A stretch of DNA of 64,000 bases from the NCBI GenBank assembly GCA_963844035.1, contig CAWJMT010000004.1, positions 256,001 to 320,000 of the forward strand, read 5' to 3'. This document shows, piece by piece, positions 20,250 through 30,029 of the stretch; the stretch's first letter is position 1, and each line of letters opens with the position of its first letter. The notes below the pieces were generated by a model. That model did not search any database. It saw only the letters and a program-made list of their open reading frames with translations, and was not told the DNA's origin. A program made the position numbers and the translations under genes. This stretch comes from an uncultured Gemmatimonadales bacterium (GTDB lineage Bacteria > Gemmatimonadota > Gemmatimonadetes > Gemmatimonadales > GWC2-71-9).

Positions 20250-21113
20250 CCTGCACACTCGATCGGATCCGCCACGCTCTCGTTCGGCCTCGTCTCGGTG
20301 CCGGTCAAGATGTTCTCCACCGGCGAGTCCTCCGCCGCCGTCTCCTTCAACTGGCTCCACAAGAAGGACGGCGCACGCCTGAAGCAGCAGTACGTCTGCT
20401 CGAAGGACGGGGAGAAGGTCGAGAAAGACGAGATGATCAAGGGCTACGAGTTTGAGAAGGGGCGGTACGTCCAATTCACCACGGACGAGCTCAAGACGTT
20501 GGACGAAAAGGGCACGGGAGCGATCGACGTCCAGGAGTTCGTTCCGGCCAAAGAGGTGGACCGCCTATACCTCGAGAAGTGCTACTTCCTGGGACCTGAG
20601 AAGGGCGGTGAGCGAGCCTACCGGCTGCTCTCCGAGGCCTTGAAGCAGACCGGTCGCGTGGCCGTCGGGCAGTACGCCGCGCGCGGCAAGCAGTACGTCA
20701 TTTCAATTCGCCCGCACGAAGGCGGCCTCGTGATGGAGCAGCTGCGCTACGCCGATGAAGTCCGTTCGATGGCCGAATTGCAGATTCCAAAGATCGATGT
20801 GAAGAAGCCCGAGCTCCAGCTCGCGGTGCAGCTGCTCGACCAGGCGGCGTCGGAGACGTTTCACCCCGAGAAGTACGAGGACAATCAGCGGAAGCGGGTG
20901 CTCGAACAAATCCAGCGCAAGGTCGATGGACAGGAGATCACGGAGGAGCCGACCGAGGCTCCCAAGACCCAGATCCTCGACTTGATGGAGGCGCTCAAGG
21001 CAAGCCTGGGGAAGGGAAAAGGGGCCGCCGGCGATCGCAAGCCCGCCAAACGGGTCGAAGACAAAGCTGCCGCGAAGACGATCCCGCTGAAGCGCAAGGC
21101 GGCTTCGCGCTGA
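20247..21113 (+). CDS. ku: NHEJ DNA end-binding protein Ku
   Basis: LSFGLVSVPVK, IKGYE, FVP, LRYADEVR, FHPEKYED, LDLMEALKASL, basic tail. Confidence 0.95.
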   Translation: MPAHSIGSATLSFGLVSVPVKMFSTGESSAAVSFNWLHKKDGARLKQQYVCSKDGEKVEKDEMIKGYEFEKGRYVQFTTDELKTLDEKGTGAIDVQEFVPAKEVDRLYLEKCYFLGPEKGGERAYRLLSEALKQTGRVAVGQYAARGKQYVISIRPHEGGLVMEQLRYADEVRSMAELQIPKIDVKKPELQLAVQLLDQAASETFHPEKYEDNQRKRVLEQIQRKVDGQEITEEPTEAPKTQILDLMEALKASLGKGKGAAGDRKPAKRVEDKAAAKTIPLKRKAASR

Positions 21114-21123
21114 CGGCAGTCGT

Positions 21124-21957
21124 TTGAAAGGCTACTCATCCAAAGACGTCGCTAAGCTGTTGGGACTGACCGTCGCGCAGGTGCGGGCCTTCGCGCGCGA
21201 CGGTTTTTTGACGCCGCGACGCGGGACACGCGGCGATGTGCGGTTTTCCTTCCAGGACCTGGTCATCCTGCGCGCGGCGAAGGGACTCGTGGCCGCGCGC
21301 ATCCCCACCGGCCGCATCCATCGCGCTCTGAAAAAGCTGCGGCACGAGCTGCCGCGCGGCCGCTCGCTCGCCGAGCTGCGCATCGTGGCCGAGGGCGACC
21401 GCATCGTGGTGAGCGACGGGCTTGCCGCGTGGAACCCGGAATCGGGGCAGCTCAGTCTCGACTTCGCGGTCTCGGACCTGGCGACCAAGGCCGCACCCAT
21501 CGCGCGGCGGACGGCGCAGGCGGCGCGGCGCGCCGAGGGTGATTTCGACGCCGCCGGCTGGTACGAGCTGGGGTACGAGCTCGAGGCGGTGGCCCCGGTG
21601 GAGGCGCGCGACGCCTATCGGCGCGCGCTCGAGCTCGACGCGCATCACGCCGACGCGCACGTCAACCTGGGCCGGCTACTGCACGAGCAGGGGTTGGTAG
21701 AGGAAGCGGAGCGGCACTACCGGGAGGCGCTGCGCGAAAGTCCCGATCACACCACCGCCGCCTTCAACCTCGCGATCGCCCTCGAGGACCTACACCGCCC
21801 GGCGGATGCGATCGAGGCGTACCGGGCGGCACTCGCAACGGACCCGCGGCTCGCCGACGCGCACTACAACGTGGCGCGGCTGTACGACAAGGTGGGCAAG
21901 AAGGCGGCGGCGCTCCGGCACCTGTCGATCTATCGACGGCTCACCGCAGACCCGTAG
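21124..21957 (+). CDS. MerR-type HTH plus TPR-repeat protein
   Basis: YSSKDVAKLLGL..FSFQDLVILR; internal GQLSLDF; TPRs (DAHVNLGRLL, AAFNLAIAL, DAHYNVARL). Confidence 0.85.
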   Translation: MKGYSSKDVAKLLGLTVAQVRAFARDGFLTPRRGTRGDVRFSFQDLVILRAAKGLVAARIPTGRIHRALKKLRHELPRGRSLAELRIVAEGDRIVVSDGLAAWNPESGQLSLDFAVSDLATKAAPIARRTAQAARRAEGDFDAAGWYELGYELEAVAPVEARDAYRRALELDAHHADAHVNLGRLLHEQGLVEEAERHYREALRESPDHTTAAFNLAIALEDLHRPADAIEAYRAALATDPRLADAHYNVARLYDKVGKKAAALRHLSIYRRLTADP

Positions 21958-21967
21958 CCGCGCTGCG

Positions 21968-22631
21968 TTACTCCGTGTACCAGGTCGGCCGCATGTCGCG
22001 GGTCACGTAGTCGACCAGGTCGTAGACGAGGCCCGCGTACTCCTTGTTGGGGTCCTTCGCGGAGAAGGACGGCTCACCGCCCACGATCTTCAGCCCACCG
22101 ATCTTCCGGCTCGCCGTCCCGCTCGACCGCCACAGCGTGCCTCCCGTCTCGGTGCGCATACAATGCGACGGTCAGCTCGGCGGATACCGTGGCCTGCACG
22201 CTGCGGCAGCGACAGACCGTGCAGGCCGCCACTCGGCGTCACGTTGGACATCTTGAGGTGCCCGACAAACACCACCGGCGCGCGGCGTGACGCGCCCAGC
22301 GCCTGCGCCGTCGCTGCACCCATTTCCTTCTCGCCCAGGCGTTTCCGTACCGAGTCGGCCGAGCCGAACTCAATCACTTCAACACCAGGTTGCGCATCGA
22401 GCAGGTTTTCCGAGAAGCGCATGGTGGCGGCCTGGTCCAGGTCCCCCTTGGCATTCCGGATGGTGAAGCGGATGAGACCAACCCGGCCGTATTGCTTGAG
22501 GTCGAGCCGCGGCGGCACCTGGACCTGGCGCGGCGGGGGGGTGTGACCGCCGCCGCAGGCCATGGCCAAGAGCAGGGCACACAAGCGACAGGCGCACCGG
22601 TACGGGGCGACACGCGGATGTGCTTGCTCAT
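21968..22631 (-). CDS. Hypothetical lipoprotein (frameshifted)
   Basis: LAMACGG lipobox, VQVPPRLDLKQYGRVGL, ETGGTLWRSS spread over several frames. Confidence 0.55.
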
Positions 22632-22714
22632 AGCGGCGGACCTCGCGAAAAGGTTGTGGGACGCCGCACAACTTAATGCTTTCGCGCCGGGAAATCGTCG
22701 GGAATCCGCTCCTC

Positions 22715-22742
22715 TTGACATATCAAATGTCGTTGATATATT
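22715..22742 (+). promoter_or_regulatory. ars promoter with ArsR operator 1
   Basis: TTGACA (22715-20), TGnTATATT (-10 at 22737-42); palindrome ATATCAA-N6-TTGATAT. Confidence 0.8.
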
Positions 22743-22752
22743 GTTTCGCACT

Positions 22753-23080
22753 GTGACCTCCAGCACACTTCCGACCACCAGACCGCGCCGCGCGCTGGTT
22801 CCATGCGCTCTCGGACGAAACGCGCCTCGAGATCGTCGAGATGCTGTCGCATGGGGAGCGCTGCGTCTGCGAGCTGCAGAACTCGCTCGACGCGGCCCAG
22901 TCCCGGCTCTCCTTCCACCTCAGGACGCTCAAAGACGCCGGCCTGGTCACCGATCGCCGCGAGGGACGGTGGGTCTACTACACGCTCAACCGCGACGCGT
23001 TGGACGAGGTCGCGGCGTTCGCTCAGGCGGTTAAGCCGGGAAAACACGCGGGGAGCTGCGCCCGGGCATGTTGCCCCTGA
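22753..23080 (+). CDS. arsR: ArsR repressor (frameshift near N-terminus)
   Basis: FHALSDETRLEI, ERCVCEL, SRLSFHL..LKDAGLV..RREGRW.YY, C-terminal CARACCP. Confidence 0.9.
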
Positions 23081-23097
23081 TTTCTTGTCGCATACAC

Positions 23098-23113
23098 ATC
23101 AACATTTGTTGAT
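23098..23113. promoter_or_regulatory. Second ArsR-like operator upstream of arsM
   Basis: ATCAAC-attt-GTTGAT, same ATCAA-N6-TTGAT core as operator 1. Confidence 0.7.
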
Positions 23114-23125
23114 TAAGGAGGGCAC

Positions 23126-23944
23126 ATGAGCGATGCGCAGATCAGAGATACGGTGAGGGAGCGGTACGCGCAGGCAGCGTTACGGGTGGTTGCTGGTGAG
23201 CGCGGCAGCTGTTGCGGCACCGGCACGGGGACCTGCGGGTGCGATCCCGTCAGCTCGGATCTCTACGATGCCGGTGAGACCGTCACGCTTCCCGAGGGTG
23301 CGGTCCTCGCCTCCCTCGGCTGCGGCAATCCGACGGCTCTGGCGGAGCTCCACGAAGGCGAAACGGTGCTCGACCTGGGGTCGGGGGGTGGGATCGACGT
23401 ACTGCTCTCCGCCCAGCGCGTGGGCCCAACCGGGAAGGCCTACGGCCTGGACATGACCGATGAAATGCTGGCGCTCGCCCGCGAGCACCAGCGTCAGGCG
23501 GGCGCCACGAACGTCGAGTTCCTGAAGGGAGAGATCGAGCGCATCCCGCTGCCCGATGCCTCGGTGGACGTCATTATCTCCAACTGCGTCATCAACCTCT
23601 CGGCCGACAAGAGCCAAGTGCTGCGGGAAGCGTTTCGCGTTCTCAAACCGGGCGGCCGGTTCGCCGTGTCGGACGTCGTGGTACGCGGTGAGGTTCCGGC
23701 CAGCGTGCGGAGCAGCATGGAGCTATGGGTCGGGTGCATCGCGGGCGCCCTGCCTGAGGAGGAATATGTACGCCTGCTCAGAGCGGCCGGCTTCGAGGAC
23801 GTCGGGATCGAGCCGACGCGCGTCTACGCATTCGAAGATGCGCGCGCCTTCCTGGCCGGGGCCGGCCTTGACGCCGAGGTGCTGGCGCGGGAGGTCAGCG
23901 GCCGGATCATGGGCGCGTTCATCCGCGCTCGGAGGCCGGCATGA
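23126..23944 (+). CDS. arsM: Arsenite S-adenosylmethionine methyltransferase
   Basis: N-terminal [35 protein letters not shown]. Confidence 0.94.
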   Translation: MSDAQIRDTVRERYAQAALRVVAGERGSCCGTGTGTCGCDPVSSDLYDAGETVTLPEGAVLASLGCGNPTALAELHEGETVLDLGSGGGIDVLLSAQRVGPTGKAYGLDMTDEMLALAREHQRQAGATNVEFLKGEIERIPLPDASVDVIISNCVINLSADKSQVLREAFRVLKPGGRFAVSDVVVRGEVPASVRSSMELWVGCIAGALPEEEYVRLLRAAGFEDVGIEPTRVYAFEDARAFLAGAGLDAEVLAREVSGRIMGAFIRARRPA

Positions 23945-24615
23945 GAGGGCCGCGGGTAGCCGCCGAGGTGGTCGGCACGTTCATGCTGGTATTCATAGGA
24001 GGCGGGGCGGCAGCCGTCGACAACTGGTCGCACGGCTCTGTGACCTCGGTCGGGATCAGTTTGGCGTTTGGGTTCGTCATCGTCGCGGGGGTGTACGGGT
24101 TGGGCCACATCTCCGGAGCGCATTTCAACCCGGCCGTGACAGCAGGCTTTTGGCTCAGTGGCAAGTTTCCGCGCGCCGAAGTGCTCCCCTACGTGTCCGC
24201 CCAGATTGTTGGATCGCTGAGCGCCTCCTTGCTGCTGCGGGCGCTGCTCGGCGCGTCCGCCCAGGCCGCCTCCACGATCCCCGCAATCGGTGTAGGGCGA
24301 GGGTTGGTGGTCGAGGTTGTCCTCAGTTTCTTTTTGATGCTCGTGATCATGGCGGTCGCCACGGACGCACGTGTTGCTGGAACGGTGGCGGGCCTGGCCG
24401 TGGGCCTCACTGTGGCGTTCGAGGCGCTGATGGGTGGGCCGTTGAGCGGCGCGAGCATGAACCCCGCGCGGTCGTTCGGCCCCGCGCTCGCGACCGGGAC
24501 GTGGATGGGGCACTGGATCTATTGGATTGGGCCACTGGTTGGCGCAGCCCTCGCCGTGGGCGCATACGACTATTTGCGAAAAGGCACGTCCCATGACTAC
24601 CGCGCCGGATCGTAG
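23941..24615 (+). CDS. MIP family aquaglyceroporin (AqpS-like arsenite channel)
   Basis: HISGAHFNPAVT and SMNPARSFGPA; located inside ars operon. Confidence 0.9.
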   Translation: MRGPRVAAEVVGTFMLVFIGGGAAAVDNWSHGSVTSVGISLAFGFVIVAGVYGLGHISGAHFNPAVTAGFWLSGKFPRAEVLPYVSAQIVGSLSASLLLRALLGASAQAASTIPAIGVGRGLVVEVVLSFFLMLVIMAVATDARVAGTVAGLAVGLTVAFEALMGGPLSGASMNPARSFGPALATGTWMGHWIYWIGPLVGAALAVGAYDYLRKGTSHDYRAGS

Positions 24616-25102
24616 GTTCCGCCTGCTGTTCCTGTGCACCGGCAATTCCGCCCGGAGCCAGATGGCGGAGGCTCTACTGAATATGAAAGGGAAAGGACGG
24701 TTTGAGGCGGCGAGCGCCGGGTCGCGTCCGGCCGCCCGGGTGAATCCTTACGCGATCGACACGTTGCGCGACTACGGCATCCCGTGGGCCGGCCATCCGC
24801 CGCGCAGCGTCGACGGGCTCGAACGCGAGCCGTGGGACTTTGTGATCACGGTGTGCGATCGGGCGAAGGAGTCATGCCCGATCTTCCCCGGCCAGCCGGT
24901 CCTGGCGCACTGGGGTATGCCCGACCCCGCGGAAGTGGAGGGGGACGACGCGGCAAAACGGGCCGCGTTCCGAGACGCGTTCGTGCTCATCAGCCGCCGG
25001 ATCGACCTGCTCCTGGAGCTCCCCCTCAGCAAGCTCAGTCGCCTGGCGCTCGAAGCGCGGCTACGCGCCATCGGAGGCACGGTCACCCAATCAGCTCCTT
25101 GA
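24593..25102 (+). CDS. arsC: Arsenate reductase, LMW-PTP / thioredoxin type
   Basis: CTGNSARSQMAE, VITVCD..ESCP.FPG, HWGMPDPA. Confidence 0.92.
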   Translation: MTTAPDRRFRLLFLCTGNSARSQMAEALLNMKGKGRFEAASAGSRPAARVNPYAIDTLRDYGIPWAGHPPRSVDGLEREPWDFVITVCDRAKESCPIFPGQPVLAHWGMPDPAEVEGDDAAKRAAFRDAFVLISRRIDLLLELPLSKLSRLALEARLRAIGGTVTQSAP

Positions 25103-25784
25103 ACTGTAGCGCCAGCTTCGCGCCGATTCCCGATTCCTCGTGTTTAAAGAACACGAACGCATCGGTCCATCCCTGCCCCAGCTCCCGCACCTTCGCTACC
25201 CAGCGCTCCACGTCCTTCTTCTTATAGCCTTCGTCCCGCAGCCGGAAATACCCGAAGTCCGCGGTCACCACGAGGGCGGTGGTGGCCTCCTCAGTGTCGG
25301 CGATGCATAAGGCGGCATTGTGAGCGCGCAGTAGCTCGTACACGTCGGCCGAGAACCACGACGGGTGGCGGAACTCGAACGCGCAGCGCACCCCGGCCGG
25401 GATGAGCGGCAGGAAGTAGCGTAGCCGGTCGATGTCCTTCTTGAAGTTGGGTGGCAGCTGGAACAGCAGCGGTCCGAGCTTCGGGCCCAGGCTGGCCGCC
25501 GTTTCGCAGAAGAACGCCAGCGGCTTGTCCACGAACTTGAGCCGGGAGTCGTGCGTGATGCGTTTTGGTGCCTTCAGCACGAACATGAATTCGGGAGGCG
25601 TGGACTCCGCCCACACTGCGACCGTCTTGGCGCTCGGCGTCCGGTAGAAGGTGTAGTTAATTTCCACCACGGGTAGCTGCGTCGCGTAGTACGCCAGCAT
25701 TTTCCCAGCGGGCAGCTTGTCGGGGTAGAACGTACCTTTCCACTCGGGATAGTTGTAGCCGGACGTACCGACCAGAGTGCGCAT
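25083..25784 (-). CDS. DUF72 domain protein
   Basis: VGTSGYNY..WKG.FYP, VEINYTFY, KAPKRITH, QLPP, EFRHPSW. Confidence 0.92.
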   Translation of the reverse strand: MRTLVGTSGYNYPEWKGTFYPDKLPAGKMLAYYATQLPVVEINYTFYRTPSAKTVAVWAESTPPEFMFVLKAPKRITHDSRLKFVDKPLAFFCETAASLGPKLGPLLFQLPPNFKKDIDRLRYFLPLIPAGVRCAFEFRHPSWFSADVYELLRAHNAALCIADTEEATTALVVTADFGYFRLRDEGYKKKDVERWVAKVRELGQGWTDAFVFFKHEESGIGAKLALQFKELIG

Positions 25785-25845
25785 CGACACAATGTGCAGG
25801 CTACTGACCGGCGGCGGCAAGCAACCTTCGAGACAGGGGGAGCCC

Positions 25846-26265
25846 ATGCGGGTAAAGCATCTTGTGATCGTCGCGGCAGTGGCCCTCGCTGCAGCCTGCG
25901 AAGACGGGGGGATTGGGACGACGGGCATCAGCGCCTTCGGCGGAACGGGAGGCGCCACCCATCTCGTGTTTACGGTCCAGCCGAGCACCACTGTCGCGGG
26001 CGTGGGGATTGTGCCGGCCGTCAAGGTGACCGCCGCCACGAGCAGCGGGAGCGCCGATCCGACGTTCGTCAGCGCCATCGTTGTGACGCTCGGGACAAAT
26101 CCCGGCGGGGGGAGCCTCTCGGGAACAAGAACGGTCACGGCGAACGCCGGCGTCGCGACTTTCAGCAACCTGAGTATCAGCGCCCCGGGGAATGGCTACA
26201 CGCTCACAGCCAACGCTACGAATCTCGGCTCCGTGACCAGCGTCGCTTTCAGCGTCACTCCTTAA
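25846..26265 (+). CDS. Lipoprotein with Ig-like beta-sandwich domain
   Basis: LAAAC lipobox; HLVFTVQPS, GVATFSNLSI..GNGYTL.A. Confidence 0.75.
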   Translation: MRVKHLVIVAAVALAAACEDGGIGTTGISAFGGTGGATHLVFTVQPSTTVAGVGIVPAVKVTAATSSGSADPTFVSAIVVTLGTNPGGGSLSGTRTVTANAGVATFSNLSISAPGNGYTLTANATNLGSVTSVAFSVTP

Positions 26266-26302
26266 CAACACGGCGGTGGAGGGGCATGTTACTGTTAGAC
26301 CA

Positions 26303-27853
26303 ATGCCGGCCGACCAGAGTGGTCCCCGCCTCTCGAAATCCCGTTTCATGGCCGGCCTCCAGTGTCACAAGCTGCTGTGGTGGAAGGTGCGCGAGCCCTG
26401 GGCTCCCGAGCTCGAGCAGACCCCCGACCACGAGGCCCGGTCAGAGGCGGGAAAACGCGTCGGTGAGGTAGCGCGCGAGTACGTGCCCGGCGGTGAGTTG
26501 GTCCCCTTCAAGCCCTACGAAATCGAGAACAAACTCGCCGCCACGCAGCGGCGCTCGGGACCCGCCACGCCGGGTGCTCTACGAGCCGGGTGTGGCCGCG
26601 AGCGACGCGTACGCCGTGGTGGACATTCTCGAGCGGCGTGAGCGGGGCTTCGGGCTGATCGAGGTGAAATCGAGCATCGACGTGAAGGCCGAGCACATCC
26701 CCGACGTCGCGATGCAGACCTACACCCTGCGTCAGAGCGGCATGACGGTCGAGCGGGTCGAAGTGATGCACTTGAACCGCGAGTGCCGCTATCCCGACCT
26801 GTCGAACCTGTTCGTGCGGCGGGACGTCACCCCGGAGGTCGAGGCGTACCTCCCCGACGGTGCCCGACGCGATCGCCGCGCAGGTCGCGGCCCTCGAGGG
26901 TCCCCTCCCCCAGGTACCGATCGGCGACCACTGCTTCGAGCCGCACGAATGTCCGTTCATGAAGCGCTGCTGGCCCGAGTGGCCGGCCGACCACGTCAGC
27001 ACGTTGTACGTGATGCGGCGCCGTGCGCTCGACCTCGAGGCCAAGGGTTATCGCACGCTGCACGATCTCCCCGGCGACCTGAAACTCAACGCCATCCAGG
27101 TGCGGCAGGTGCGCGCCGTGCAAGCCGGCACGCTCGTCGTGGAAGAGTCGCTCGCCGAAGCACTCGTCCCGTTTCAGGGGCCGCTGGCGTTTCTCGATTT
27201 CGAGACGGTCAGTCCCGCGATCCCGGTGTGGAACGGGTGCCGCCCGTGGGACCAGGTGCCGGTCCAGTTCAGCGTGCACGTGCAGCAGCGCGGCGGCGGC
27301 TACGCGCATCATGAGTGGCTGGCCGAGGGCGGGGCGGACCCGCGCCCGGCGCAGGCCGAGCGGCTGGTGGCGGCTTGCGCGGAAGCGCACGCCATCGTGG
27401 CGTACAACTCCTCGTTCGAGCGCAGCTGCGTCCGGCTACTCGCGGCGGCAGCTCCCGGGCTGGCGCGGGAGCTCGGCCTGATCGAGCTCAAGCTCGTGGA
27501 TCTGCTTCCGGTGGTCCGGAACCACGTGTACCACCCGCAGTTCGCCGGGAGCTTCTCCCTCAAGAGCGTCATCCCGGCGCTGGTGCCGGAGGTGACCTAC
27601 GACGATTTGGAGATCAGGGATGGCGCCGCTGCCACGCTGGCCCTGTGGCGGCTGGTGTTCGAACCCGAGGGTCAGAGCCCGCGAGAGCGCGTCGCTAAGC
27701 GGAGGGCGCTGCTCGCCTACTGCGAGCGGGACAGCTGGGCCACCGTGAAGTTGTTGGAGCGGCTACGCGTGCTGGCCGGCGGCCTGCCGGTCGCCGCTCC
27801 GCGCCCCACTGCGACGCCGCCGGGGCGGGCGGCAGCTGGATCTGGGATTGTAG
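26303..27853 (+). CDS. DUF2779 protein (PD-(D/E)XK RecB-like nuclease plus RNase H-like domain); frameshifted
   Basis: LSKSRFMAGLQC; DILER..IEVKSS; C..P..CPF..C; FLDFET..P..QVP.QFS.H; YNSSFE; GSFSLK.V; YCERD; probable end QLDLGL*. Confidence 0.82.
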
Positions 27854-27858
27854 GGAGG

Positions 27859-28416
27859 CTATTTCGCCCGTTCCAGGTACACACCCTGCCGCGGGTCAAC
27901 CCGCACCCGGTCACCTTCGGCGACGAAATCCGGAACCTGCACGGTGACGCCATTGGACAGCTTGGCGGGCTTGGTGCTCGCGGTTTTCGTGGCACTGCGC
28001 ATGACGGGCGACGTTTCGACCACATCGAGCTCGACCACCGAGGGCAGCTCGATCGCGATCGGGCGACCATCGAGCCATTCGACCTTCACGACCATCTCCG
28101 GCTGGAGCCAGGGGCCCGCGTCCAGCACCGTGTCGTCGTCGAGCGTATGCTGGTCGTAGTTCTCCCGGTCCATCACATGGACGCCGCCGGCGTCGCGGTA
28201 CAGGACCTGGAACTCCTTGGTGTCGAGCCGGGCTTCCTCCATAAAGTCGGAGGCGTTGAGGCGCGTGTCGAAGGTGTTCCCGTTGAGCAGATTGCGGAAC
28301 CGCACCTGGACGAACGCGCGCAGATTGCCGGGGGTGCGGTGGGTGAAGTCCATCACCCGGCAAGGCTGGCCGTCGATGATGAGGACGTGCCCCTTGCGGA
28401 CATCGGTTGCCTTCAT
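27859..28416 (-). CDS. efp: Elongation factor P (PGN loop type)
   Basis: HRTPGNLRAFVQ, KPAKLSNG.TVQVP.FV.EGD.V.VD, YLER. Confidence 0.93.
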   Translation of the reverse strand: MKATDVRKGHVLIIDGQPCRVMDFTHRTPGNLRAFVQVRFRNLLNGNTFDTRLNASDFMEEARLDTKEFQVLYRDAGGVHVMDRENYDQHTLDDDTVLDAGPWLQPEMVVKVEWLDGRPIAIELPSVVELDVVETSPVMRSATKTASTKPAKLSNGVTVQVPDFVAEGDRVRVDPRQGVYLERAK

Positions 28417-28631
28417 GGGCGCTGACCGTTCCACTGGGTGAACATCGAGTGTCGTCTCGGCGAATTGGAACGCAGAGAAACAACGGCGCGGGCCCAACCG
28501 AAGCGTCGGGCTCGCGCGGACGAAGAAGATAACCGCACCCGAACCGGGGTAACAGGGGGATGCTTGACGCCGCCGCCGGTCCCGTACATGGTACGCGCCG
28601 CCCGTCTCGACCTGCACGCCGAGGATCCCTG

Positions 28632-30029
28632 ATGACCCAGATCGCCGGTCTCACATGCGCCGCCCTCGTCGCCTGCGCGGCGGTGCTTGCCGGCCAGACC
28701 CGAAGCACGCCCACCGACTCGGCGCGACGAGCTCGGACGGCGGCGGTTACCGATACCAGAAACTCCATCATCGTGGACGCGGCCGCGCGGGTCGCCCCCG
28801 CGGTGGTGAGCGTCAACGTGCTGCGGCGCCAGCGACAGGTCCCGGAAGACCCTTTCGCCATGTTCTTCATGCCGCGCGGGGTTGATAGGCAGGTCGAAGG
28901 GTATGGCTCGGGGGTCATCATCTCGGCGGATGGTGTGGTGATCACCAATCAACATGTGACCAACGGCGCCACCCAGATCGTCGTCACCACGCGCGAGGGC
29001 ACCGACTACCCGGCGAAGCTGCTCGGCGAGGACCCACTGACCGACATCGCGGTCCTCAAGATCGAGGCCACCGGCCTGCCCACCGCAACGCTCGGCCGCA
29101 GCACGGACCTGGCCGTGGGCGAGTGGGTCGTCGCCATCGGGAATCCGTTCGCCTACATGCTGGGGAACTCCGAGCCGAGCGTCACGGCCGGCGTCGTCAG
29201 CGCAGTCGGGCGAAACCTCTTGCCCTCGGGCGACCAGGCCGGCGTGTACGTCGGGATGATCCAGACGGACGCCGCCATCAATCCGGGCAACTCCGGCGGT
29301 CCACTGGTGGACGTGCAGGGTGAAGTGGTGGGCGTGAATAGCTCGATTTTTTCTCCCTCGGGCGGGTCGGTGGGAATCGGCTTCGCGATCCCGATCGAGC
29401 GGGCGCAGCGGGTCGCGACGGAGCTGCGGCGGTTCGGCCACGTACGGCGCCCATGGGTCGGATTGGACGTCGTGGGGGGCGGGGACCTGCGCGAGTGGAA
29501 GCGCACCGGCGGCTTGCGCGTCACCGCGGTCGCCGGCGGCGGCCCGGCGGTACGGGCGGGCCTCGCCGCCGGCGACATCCTGCTCAACGTGCGCGGCCGG
29601 CGGCTCCGCACCTTCCTCGACTGGGAGGCCGTGCTGCTCGACACCGGTCCGGGCGACACGCTCACGGTGGCGTACCGGCGCGAGGGACGCACCCAGACCG
29701 CGCGGCTGGGCGTGACCGATCTGCCGAGCACCGTGGCCGAGAAGGTGCCGATCCTGGGAGACCTGCAGGCGGTGACCCTCACCCCGGCGATCCGCCAGGA
29801 GCGCAGCATCCAGACCGAACGCGGCGCGCTGATCTACAACATGGGCGTCGCTGCGCAGCGCTCCACCGGGCTCCAGGTGGGGGACGTGATCTTCCAGGTC
29901 AACCGGCAGGGGGTGGGGAGCGCGGAGGATCTCAAACGGGTGCTCTCCGCCGCGGCCAATTCGGGACCGGTGACGGTTTGGTTCGAGCGCGGCGGCCAGG
30001 TGGGCCGCACCACGTTTTACGTCCAATGA
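28632..30029 (+). CDS. HtrA/DegP-like serine protease with two PDZ domains
   Basis: GSGVII, TNQHV, DIAVLK, IQTDAAINPGNSGGPL. Confidence 0.93.
   Translation: MTQIAGLTCAALVACAAVLAGQTRSTPTDSARRARTAAVTDTRNSIIVDAAARVAPAVVSVNVLRRQRQVPEDPFAMFFMPRGVDRQVEGYGSGVIISADGVVITNQHVTNGATQIVVTTREGTDYPAKLLGEDPLTDIAVLKIEATGLPTATLGRSTDLAVGEWVVAIGNPFAYMLGNSEPSVTAGVVSAVGRNLLPSGDQAGVYVGMIQTDAAINPGNSGGPLVDVQGEVVGVNSSIFSPSGGSVGIGFAIPIERAQRVATELRRFGHVRRPWVGLDVVGGGDLREWKRTGGLRVTAVAGGGPAVRAGLAAGDILLNVRGRRLRTFLDWEAVLLDTGPGDTLTVAYRREGRTQTARLGVTDLPSTVAEKVPILGDLQAVTLTPAIRQERSIQTERGALIYNMGVAAQRSTGLQVGDVIFQVNRQGVGSAEDLKRVLSAAANSGPVTVWFERGGQVGRTTFYVQ

Noticed and set aside
22700..25102. ars operon as a mobile element
   Set aside because: No transposase, integrase, terminal repeats or obvious compositional shift
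26303..27853. Cas4/CRISPR association of the RecB-like nuclease
   Set aside because: No repeat-spacer array or other cas genes in the window
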